Source: Daphnia carinata (taxonomy: Eukaryota). From it: DNA of 64,000 nt. Within the stretch, counting starts at the first letter, position 1. Every line of letters starts with the position of its first letter. Positions 53,517-64,000 of the stretch are shown here, in pieces. The DNA lies in the NCBI RefSeq assembly GCF_022539665.2, contig NC_081332.1:3100001-3164000 (forward strand), given 5' to 3'. The notes below the pieces were generated by a model. The model searched no databases, had not been told where the DNA came from, and was given only the letters and a program-made list of their open reading frames with translations. The position numbers and the translations under genes are program-made.

Positions 53517-56500
53517 TCACTCTTCCGATTCCTTACGTTTCATCCGAGGATACAGCTACATCATGTCATGCACGAGATAGAGAGAAAAAAAAAAAAGAGA
53601 GAAAGAACCAAAATGAAAACACTGGGCGTTTCATGTTGATTCAACTATGAATTCGAAAAAGAAAAAAGAGCAGTGCGGTTGACTTACCCCGAGTAAGTTA
53701 CGAGGCACGTAACCTTCATGATCGCTGAGACGGGACCACCACCATTCGCGCTCGTAATCGTCTCCTTTACGCAGTACGATAAGTTCGTCTCCCATCCGAA
53801 AAGTCAGCTCGTCCGAGTTCTGCGCCTCGTAGTCGTAGACGGCCGAGACTCGACCTCCATTCAAGATTCCCAGTTTCTCTTGGATGCCTATAAAAAACGA
53901 ATCCGATCGTTATCGTCAATCAAAACGACTGCGATCGCATCCGCAATGAACCGATCAAAATCATCGACTTACTGTAGAGATATTCGGAGCATCCGTCGAA
54001 GCCTTCCTCGTCTTCCTCGCACTTTTCAGCTGCCGTTTCTTGGTCGCTGAGCGTCGCAGCAAAGATACAGGCTCCGTGCTCCACCAAGAACTTCACCATG
54101 GCCAGATTGTTGCACGAAGCGGCACAGTGCAACGGTGTCCTATATATTTTTTTTATTTTTGCCGCAAAAAAAAAACAAACAAAACAAATCAATCATGGCG
54201 GTTAACGGAAGCCAATAAAACATGCTCGTTTTTACCATCCATCACTGTCTTGGGCATTGACGTCACAGCCAAGTTCGACGAGGAACCGCACGATCTCTAA
54301 ATGGCCGGCGCATATGGCGTTGTGAAGCGCCGTAATTCCTTCGTCATTGGCAGCGCTGGGATTAGACACCTATACACACATCCAATTAAAAAATAAATAA
54401 ATAGACAAGCTTCCCCCTCCTGTAATTCAAGGACGGGTGGGTTTGTAGAAAAAAACAAAAAAACAATACGCACCTCGAGGGCCGTCTTCTTAACGAGTTC
54501 TAGTTCGCCTTCCAACGAGGCGTCCAATAGCAAAGCCAACGGATCGAAGCTGACTCGACGCGACTTTCGCAAAGCGTCGGCTGTGCCGCTCTTTAAATTA
54601 CCCTTGCGCAATCGTCTGGCCACGCCTTCTAGTGGCGGCGAGGGATCGCGTGCCTCTGTCATTAGCGATGCCGCTGCTCGATCAACCCCCGAGTCTTCAT
54701 CGTGGATGGGTGCAGAATGTTGATGGGTCGATGCCATCGGAGATTCGCCAGACTGGTCCGAATACGTGGCACCTACTCTGTCATCCGCCGTTTGTTCTAT
54801 TTGCGGATGCGACGATTCATCGTCCCGCTCATCCTCGGCATCCATTGCCTCATCTTTGGTTATCTCGGTCAAGAACTCCGGCGGCTGCGACGGCGGCGGA
54901 GGCGGCAAAGGAGGTGGCGGAGGTGGAATTACGTGTTTCTTTAACGTTAAAGGTTTGGGTTTGAGCGGCAGTTCCGCTTTGGCCAACAAATAGTCCATAC
55001 CCTTCTCATCCTGAAAATTGACGTCCCGAGAATTTCAAATGAAATGAAATTTTTTCTCTGAAAATTTGGCGGTGGAAAATCATGTTTCGGTGAAAGACTT
55101 ACCGAAGGGGGTTGAGGCGGGTCGATAGAAGAATCTTTGTCGGGATTCTGTCTGGGCGGCAGAAGTGGCTTATAATTCACGGCAGGCTTTGGCGGGAGAG
55201 CGGGTTTTTCGGCCACCTGCGGAGGGACCGAGGCCACCTTTAAACCTTTCATCATCGTCGGCGAGCCCCTCATATTGTTGTTGTTATTGTTGTTATTGTG
55301 GAAGTTCATCGGCAGGAAACGGGTGTTGTAGGGCAGTGTTTGATACTTTGGGTCGTTCTTGCTGAAATCCGTCACATCGTCGTCGCCGCGCTGATCGCTG
55401 GCGTTCGATTGTTGCGGCTGCTGTTGGCGATTAAACGGTTCAATGGCTGCCACCTGAGACACTGAATTCTTGGTGGGCCTCTGCTGCGGCGGCTGCTGTT
55501 GTTGTTGCGATAGAACTTTGTTGTTCTTCTGTGACGAATCACTAAGTTGACTGGCCAGTTGCTGATTGAGCATCTTCTTTCGCTGCAATCGTTCGCGTAG
55601 TTCATTGATTCGAATTTCCATATCGCCAACGTTTTCGCGATTCTCCAGCAGCCTGGCCTTCTTTTCCTTCAAATCGGCCGCCTTCTGTTCGTTCAGCTTG
55701 TTCCGATACTAAAACGCAACACGACAAACAAGCGAGAAACAACAAATAAACCCAAATGTTTGGCTGTTGGCTAGAGGGCAAGTACATAAACATCGGCGAA
55801 GTAGTCAAAACAAATAATAATCACATACCATCAGCTCGGCTCTGAGACGTTCAAGGTGAAGCTGGACAAAATACGCCTTGCTTCCCGGATGAGCCTGGGC
55901 GTGGTGAGTCTGAGCGCTGAACTGTTCCAACTGGCGAGTTAGCTCCTCCACCTGGGCCGCGGCCATGCTCAGCTCCTTCTCCTTCTCGTTGAAGAGCGCT
56001 CGGATCGACGTCAAGTCCGCAGCTGTGGTGGTGAGGCAATCCGATCGAAATTGATGAAGAAGACGAAAGAAACGAGAACAAAAAAGAAGAAAAAAAAAAG
56101 AGTTACGACATCATAACGCGCGATCATAACGAAAGATAAGATCTTTCGTTTTCTTTTTTTTGCTCTGGTCTTTACACAATGATCCATTGGTGATCCGTTG
56201 TTGGTCGACCTGGCCCCGCAGAGCTCGCAGCTTGCGCAATTTGGCCTCCTGGGCTTCAACTCTCTCGCGCAATTTGCGGACTCGCTCCGCCTCGCTGCTG
56301 GCACTAGCGTCATTGACGGCCTGGACCCCCTCCTGCACCTGTTTAAACATACGCAGATCGGACAGAACAAAAAAAAAAAAGCCATGTTATTTAAAGTTTA
56401 AATTGCAGCACACAGCATTGTAATAATTGAACAGTTATACAGCGGGACAGCATCTTCCTGCAATTTTATTCCTACGACTTTTCCTGCTCCACAATTAAAC

Positions 56501-56885
56501 GACAGGCCGCTTTTCGTGACCGACTCTAATCATCCATGAATGTGATTGTTCATTCTTGTCTTTTTTTTTCGAGACAATTGGCAAAGGCAATTAAACACGT
56601 AAAAATAACTGTTGAATACAATTCCCAGCTGCTACTTTCTCCATTAACGTTTTTTTTTTAGAACAACATTTGCAAACAATGAACAGATAGAAGGCCAAAC
56701 CATTTAGTTGGAACACGGAAATAAAAAAAAATGTTTTGCGTCTTTTTTTTCTATGTTTCAAAGCAATAATTTACCTGTCGCAAACGGTGCTCGCGGGCGG
56801 CAATCAGCCTTGCTTGAGTGTCCAGCTGCTGCTGCTGCCTGGCGGCCAGGGCCTGCAATTCACTGGTGGTCGGCTCGCCCCTCAT
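53517..56885 (-). CDS. ASPP: ASPP (apoptosis-stimulating protein of p53 family; coiled coil, Pro-rich, RVxF, ankyrin repeats, SH3), 716 aa
   Basis: Exons 56885-56775, 56338-56176, 56022-55829, 55708-55103, 55010-54474, 54369-54236, 54139-53973, 53887-53688 and 53555-53517, phase-consistent (2151 nt). Motifs [61 protein letters not shown]. Confidence 0.93.
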
Positions 56886-59513
56886 TTTTGATTTTCCTTC
56901 TCCGTCTTGTTTTCCGCTTGCTGTCGACAGTTTTCAATGCTGGACAAACTGGCGAACCGAGTTCCTACTTCCGGGCATCCTGATTTTATCGAAGGGACAA
57001 ATGGGCATTCAGTACAATGTAGAATGGAAAAGAAACATGGGGCGCATGTGAGCGCACTTGTGACAACATTAAAACCACCACACAACTTTCCCAAAAAAAT
57101 TCGTGTTTTGAAAAGAAAGGAAAGCTCGCGCATTTGCCGTCAAACAAAAAGAAACGATTTGCGGTTATCCTTTATCGAATTCTTTATGTGAAAAGGAAAA
57201 AAAAAAATGAAGAGGAAGAAAAAACAAGTGTCACGGCGCGGCGGTAACCTGGCGTGAGAGACGCTAAAAGAGAGGCAGATCGTTGTGTACCCCACCTAGA
57301 ATGGGATGGTTAACCTACTGCCCTAGGTGAAATGAGAAAAAGAAAGAAAATCTATAGGAAGACCCGGATTTCTTGAATTCTCTCCAGTCCTTTTCCTCCT
57401 TCTAAAACGGCCGTCCAATTTGCATCGACAACACACTACGACCGCGTTCTCCTTCTGATCGATCCTCACCCACCTCTTACCTAACTACTTTTAACCGCAC
57501 ACACCAGCCCCCCAATCCCCCCTCCTTTTCAATCATATATAAGATTAGGTTTTGGGTAAAAAAAGAACAAGACAAAAAAACACCTTTTCTGTTTGCATTA
57601 TGAATAAACAAAGTCGACAACGAAAAAGAAAAAAAGAAGAGAAAAAAAGAAGGTAAAAGAAATGAAGGACGCTAAGGGTCAGTTCATGTCCCGCGGACAT
57701 CCTACTTCTATTTTAACGGTAAGAAAATAGTGCCTTACGCCATGATGTTACACATGTTTTCTCCTACGTCTTTTTTGGCGCCCAAAGGTAAAGCTCGCAA
57801 TCCAATGGGACTCGTGTGGCAAATGTGAAAAACAAATTGAGAACAAGCTTACAGGATATATCGAATAACAAAATTAAAAAAAAAACTTTAATATATCTCG
57901 TGCTAGCAACGTGCCAAGTATTCATGGTAACGCCCAGGAATTTTCGTCGATCACGTAACTCTGCAAAAAAAAAAAAAAATGGCCAAACATCAAATGGCTG
58001 CTGGGATGATTCGAACTAGCACTTGCTTCCAGACAGAACCTTCTTTTGAACATGGAATAGAATGGACGTCTGTTTTGTTCGAACCGTTTTTATTTTAGAA
58101 ATAGCTCTAGCCTAAATTCAAAAGAGTTGAATAGCTGATGCTGCATTCCACCGATTGGATGTTCTAAAAACTTGGAACACCAGAATAAAGTAGAGGCGTG
58201 AGAAGGAGGGGGCCCGAGGGGGATCGAAATTCCATAAAGTTAATAGGCTTAATGAACAAGAAAATTAGCAAGTTTTTTTTTGTCACAATAAAAGTTCTCT
58301 CGTGAAAATGAGGTTCTGTGAAAAAAAAAACTTTGATTTTTTCTTTTCGTAACGGCGTGTGCAGCCAGCCTAGCAAACCAATACTGTTTCCAAAGAAGAC
58401 CCACAAGCCAAAACGTCGAGTGTACGAAACTACCACTACAGGGATTAAAAATGGCCGGAATTGACAGCGTGTTGAATGCTAATACGTACACGGACAAATT
58501 TACGAAGTGACGGTTCGTCAAAGACTGATGTAGAACTGAGATATTTCCGGTTTCTCGCTCCAACAATCACAATCTCAGTGCACTCACACACTCGATACTC
58601 ACACACACACACAAACAACTCTCCTCGATCAAGCGATGCACTTGTAACTTTGGCCGAACCAACAGAGACTGCACAGGTACTAGCAATTCAGCCCCACCAA
58701 AATGGATGGTAAAATGTGGGAGGGGAGAAATGCCGATGTTTGCCCTCAGGGGGAAGCGATCTTCGAGCCATCTAGCGTTCGATATTGCCAAATAGGACGA
58801 AATACGTTCTGTGTGTACGACCTGTTTGACAAGAATAACGACACATTTTTCAAAAGAAAACGTCCAACTTTCTTTTCTTTCTTTTTATTTAAATTTTTAA
58901 AGGAAAAAGACTTCAAAGTCTTTTCTTCAACAGCACTTTTTTATGTATACATGTATGCCTTATGATTAAAAGATTGACATCTCAACACACAGATGTTACA
59001 TGTTGGTATGCTACCGTTTGAATTTCAATAACTGCACAAACAGGAAGAACATTACGGTTACGAAGGAAAAGAACGAAAACACGATGCCCAAATGTCCCGG
59101 GGAGTCCAACACCCCAATCCGCCGGATATTTCCCTCTATTTTTGCACGCATCTCGATCTTTCTCATGGAAAACATAAAGTTCACAAGGAAAATATACACA
59201 AGGCACCTAGTTCATTTATATATCAAACGATCATCATCGCAATGAATATACGCTGGGATAGATAAAAACTTGGAAGCTGATAATAATATGCAGACTAAAT
59301 GACTTTCGACCTCTTCGTCTGAAAGCCCAAAAACACTCGAAGAATATATATATATATAAATTGTAGTTGTATACAAAAGCAAAGAAATTAAACATAAGAG
59401 ATGAAAAAATTGTCGCAATGGCAAGGCTGTGTACTCCTGTATCGTCACGATGAAGAGGCGTTGTGAAGCTCTTGTGGTTTTCTTTTGTTTTTCTTCTTCT
59501 TTTGTTTCCACAC

Positions 59514-61231
59514 TCAAATCTGAATGTTAGTGGTAGCGTTGAAAAGAGCGGACGAGCGTTTCACTCGCGAGCCTTGATTGTTCTGCTGATGGCGTTTCTC
59601 GTCGCTAGAGTCGCCTGTATCGATTCCAGAGTCCTCTTCTCCCACACGGCTAGAGGTGGTGGTAGTAACGGAAGATGAAGAGGACACCGGACTCGACTCA
59701 ACTATCTCTTTCAGTACTTCAGTGACGTGAGTGAAGAAGTCTGGAACGCCTTCATAGCCTGAGAAAAATTGAAACGAACCAGACATCCATACACAACAGA
59801 TTAGTTAGCTGTTATAAGATACCAGCCCACACGATTAAATTACGTCAGCAATGGCCTTAAACGAGGACACACAACTGATAGGCTGACCAGCGCAAACCGC
59901 CCTAATCAGATTAGATTATCTGAATGCGTACCTGGAAATGCATTGATGTCAATAATGGCATAATGCCCAGTATTCTTTTCCACAACAATGTCAACGCCAA
60001 AAAGATTCATTTCTAGGGCGACACGCAGCATAGACATGACCCTGTCGAGTAGGTCTCCATTGATAGTTGGATGGGCATTGCATTTTTCATCGTCATCTAA
60101 AACGCTCAATAGGGAGACGGAATCAGGTTTCGATACATCGTGGCTATCGAAAAATATGGTTGGTATTTCTGCCATGGAAAAAAAAATCAAGATTTAGCCA
60201 CGTTAAATTTAGATGATTAATTCAGTTGAAACAAACTATTTATACCGGCAGCGCTAAAATTCTTTAGCGATGGTCTTTCGACCACAAAGTATTTCTTGCC
60301 AATAACAAATATCTTAAAAAGCACGGCATCGTGGGGAATAAAAGTCTGAGCAACACATGGTGGTTCACAGTCCTTGACTGCTCCTTCATGAAATATTATT
60401 GACATCTGGAGATGTGCACAAATTAGTTAAATTTTTGTCTAAAGTCAAAAGCTAACAAAATATCTTACCTGGTGAGCCATTTTGGAGCCATGGGCAACAG
60501 CAGGTTTGCATACTATAAGACAAATGCAGGATCAATGATTTTTTGTGTCTTAAAGTTGTGAATAATAAATCACCTACCAAATGGATATCTTACTCCAGCT
60601 TCTCTGAGTTTTCTTATGTTTTCATCAACATCAGAACTAACTAAATCAACAAACGGTGGGACAAACACTTCACCTGTAATGTTAGAAAAGATTAAAGTTT
60701 TCCATAAAAACTGACTAAACTATATAAAGCATACCAGCCTTATGCAGATCACTGTTATTAATTTTGCTGTATGTTTGATATCTGTCAAGGAGCTGACGAA
60801 GATTGTCAAATGGATCAATGATTTTAATTTTAGGATTGGCACAAATAAAGCGTTCAAAAGATTGAACAATGGTAAGACTCTGTAAAAACAATTTGGATTA
60901 AAGTTGATGAAAAAGTTCTATCAAGGTCTAAGATGTTACCTCTTGATCACCAAGGTCAGCTTGTGCTATAACATCAGTCATCTTGTGAATGATGACAGAA
61001 AATGGACCCTGGTCTTCAATTGGAAGGTTAAAGTTAATCTGAAATCATTTACATAACTCAAATTTAACCTGAAAATCAGTTATCATGTTTAATGTATCAA
61101 CATACCTTGACCAAGTCAAGTCCAGCTTCATCACAAATTCCATGAAACTCTTCTAAATTAAATTTCTTACTTTTTTTTTCACTGAACCAATAGCCAACTC
61201 TATGCCGTGGTGAGGTAATGTCAGTACCCAT
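59514..61231 (-). CDS. ITPK1: Inositol-tetrakisphosphate 1-kinase (ATP-grasp), 383 aa
   Basis: Exons 61231-61106, 61038-60940, 60879-60735, 60673-60578, 60512-60469, 60405-60246, 60168-59932 and 59758-59514, phase-consistent (1152 nt). Motifs RVGYWFSEKK, QGPFSVIIHKMTD, CKPAVAHGS, VERPSLKNF, LFGVDIVV, IDINAFPGYEGV. Confidence 0.93.
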
Positions 61232-62588
61232 GATGTGACAGCTATAAGGTTTTCAAAGAAAACACCATTAAGCACTCTCAGCAGCAATGGGGAATGTAAC
61301 TCGATTGAGAGCTAGAAACACTTCCAACATAGAAGGGTTTACACATGTGTCTCTCACAGATTATTGTGCTAACTGCAAACCACAAATGATAAGACAGCCC
61401 CTCAAAATGTTGATACCTAATCTAACCATAACCTAATTTGCAGTGAAAAGCACCATATAAAAAACTCTATTTGCTGAAGGTGTTTTGGGCAACACCATGA
61501 TATTAAAACTATAAAATTTCATATATATGCTACCTGCTTCAGATTTCGTCACGTGTATACCGAAGGGAAACCTTTCACAAACGAAAGTATAAGGCCAATC
61601 AGGAAGACCAGCAAACGTTTGGCGTTTTCCATAGGCTCGTCCGCACTTCTAGCCTTTCGTTGATAATGATAAATTTCGAAACAAACTCCAGTCTTTAAAA
61701 CTATCGCTGGCGATCGCGATTGTATACACAACACACGCACACCCGGTTATTCAGAATAGGCCCCAGCTTTAAGACGGGAAAAGATAAGGGTATGTCAGTC
61801 GGTCCCTGTGTATAACAAATGGATAAAATCATTCCGTTATTCCGCGCAACGACGCTTTCATTTTTAAAGATTTACTAAACTTTTTCTTTAATGAATAAAC
61901 CACAATTTTGCTGGTACTGCAATAATTTAACAAATATTTTATATTTTTGTATAGTAATAAAAATTAGATTTTTAACCATCTAGTGGTTTTAACTAATTCT
62001 TGGATAAGAACTTTCGCTTCAGAAATCCCACGCTATAGCCTTGAAACTTAAAAAAAAAAATTCTGCGTCGTTGATTTTAACCGAGGGAACTATAGCTAGC
62101 AGCGATAAAAAAAAAAGTAAAATAAAAACCATAGATTGACGAAATCCCGACGTCCCTTTTGCGACGCAAGCTGCCATATGAAAGAAAATACTAACGATGC
62201 GGTGCTGTGGTAACTTTCAAGTCAGGTTTCATAGACAATGCTCTTTATCCTACGATTACGGCTATTAACATAGCCTATAATGGCATATTTCTCGTTAAGA
62301 GTTTTTCAGCACTGATGGTTCTGTTGTGCTGTAGAATCCCATTTTCGGAATGTGTGTCAAACGTGGAAATGTACGCCACAACGCATTAAACACATGGATA
62401 AACAACAAAAACGTAACATGGTTATGTCAGGCTCTCGCATTTTTTTTTACTTGAAAGTTACGACACTAGTTATTGCGAAGAACACGTTTACACGCGAAAT
62501 CCACCTAAAACCGGAATCCAATTTTGAATGGAAGAAATTCTCAGGAAAAAAAAGCAATCTTATAAAACTATGTTCACATGCTACTAAC

Positions 62589-64000
62589 TTAAAGATCGCT
62601 CTCAAATTTTACGCGTTTGTTTTTCGTGTTGGCTTCAGAGGCAGACGTAATCCGCTTGAAGGGCAAATTGTTTGAGTTCCCTACACCAGAACTTTCAGTC
62701 GAGTCGTCCGATTGGTCCAGAATTTTGGCAATGGAAGGTGTAATGCTGAATTCCGAACCGCTAAAGCTGATATCGTCAAGGTGAACTGGATAGGCTCCAT
62801 CGGTTTCTCCGAGAACGACTGGGGCTTCGAGCTGGACAATATCCATCACCTTATTATCATTGCTGAAGAAATAGTTGGAACCGGGAGTGGGCGCCGGCCC
62901 TAAGTAGCGTGGACTTGGCATATCGATGAACACACTGGGGGGAGGAGCGATACTCTCTTGGCTGATTTCGCTGTCGTTGGGACTCGCAGGTTGATCGGAT
63001 TTGGATTGTCCTCGGAAGGAGGTCGAAGTAAGACGCATTACCTCCACCGAGTTGAAATGCAGCACAAAGAGATAAGGCCCTCGATAGGCAAATGCCAACG
63101 GCAATCGAGTCCATTTGACATCCTCTTTGCGACTTCGTCTTCCATATCTGGACAAATAAAATAGTTAAACTTAGAAATGGTATTTGTAACGGAAAGCTAT
63201 TCAAACATACCCATCGACGAAGATTCCAAACTCGTGGTAACACAAGAGAAATTCGGTTTCGCCTCTTCGCGGTGTCACATCCAATATCGCTACAGGGAAG
63301 CTGTGGACTTGTTTTAGACCAAAGACCACATACGCCAATGAAGCATCTGAGGCATCCAGGAATTCTTCGGCCGAATAGTTGCTCAAATCGACTTCGTAGA
63401 AACGATCGCAACCGACCAGCACTGAATGCTCGGTAAAATAGATGCAGCTACACGTTTCCGATACGATGAGTTCTTTTCGCAAAACAAAGGCGCTATTGTT
63501 GCTGTTCCATTTGAACAATTTAACGCGATCTTGCGTAGCCGCGCAAAGGAAAATATCATCCTTTTCCAAAGTTGATATGTCAAACAAATGACAGTCATCG
63601 CAATTCGGAACAACTTCCACTTCTAAAGTCGGCTGAGCGATTTGTATGGTATCTGCGCATCCCTGTAAAACGCGCAATTCTGTCAAAACCAGTTGACGAT
63701 CAACGCCAACGATCATCAGGACAGCGCTTAGTTTTGGAACTAGGACGATTTGCTGGACGTTGGTAACACCTTCAATCTTCACAAGATCTTTGCGGCTACT
63801 CTGGGGGCGGTAACTAAACAAACCTTCCTTGGCTCCAATGAGTAAGACTCCTTCGCTGATTGGGACGATGCAGTTGACGTCGAGCGGGTTTTCCAATCGC
63901 AAAACTAATTTGGGTTTGCGGTGCGCTTGAATCGCTGATTGCCGATTGGATTCTGCTTGAGTGACGGCTTCAAGAGCACTCACCCAGGCTTTTTTGTGCT
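62589..64000 (-). CDS. CIT: Citron Rho-interacting kinase (sticky) 3' end: end of PH-like region and CNH domain; partial, continues beyond the window
   Basis: Exons >64000-63211 and 63147-62589. The spliced sequence [50 protein letters not shown] closely matches the recalled citron CNH motif. Confidence 0.88.

Overview
Eukaryotic, intron-rich arthropod genomic DNA. The ~60-110 nt GT-AG introns, abundant poly-A/T tracts and microsatellites suggest a Daphnia-like crustacean (inference). Spliced gene models built by hand from splice sites and exon phases: scabrous-like fibrinogen-domain gene (-, 14919-22963, 4 coding exons, 754 aa), ASPP (-, 53517-56885, 9 exons, 716 aa), ITPK1 (-, 59514-61231, 8 exons, 383 aa) and the 3' end of citron kinase (CNH domain, -, 62589->64000). 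About 24 kb upstream of scabrous is a non-coding desert. At its far end lies a 10-exon + strand gene that the ORF track shows only in fragments (47383-50418). It encodes a ~503 aa secreted, N-glycosylation-rich, S/T-rich protein with a coiled coil. The first 11.4 kb is an accessory, TE-like patch. It holds a tandem exon+intron repeat array, a 74-nt poly-A, an isolated sideroflexin-like fragment, decayed transposase-like exons, a hairpin and a THAP domain. It also holds the most unusual item: an intronless, divergent TMEM63/OSCA channel-like gene apparently fused to a C-type lectin-like domain and split by a single -1 frameshift. No rRNA, tRNA or CRISPR arrays were recognised. All family assignments are from motif recall, not database searches.
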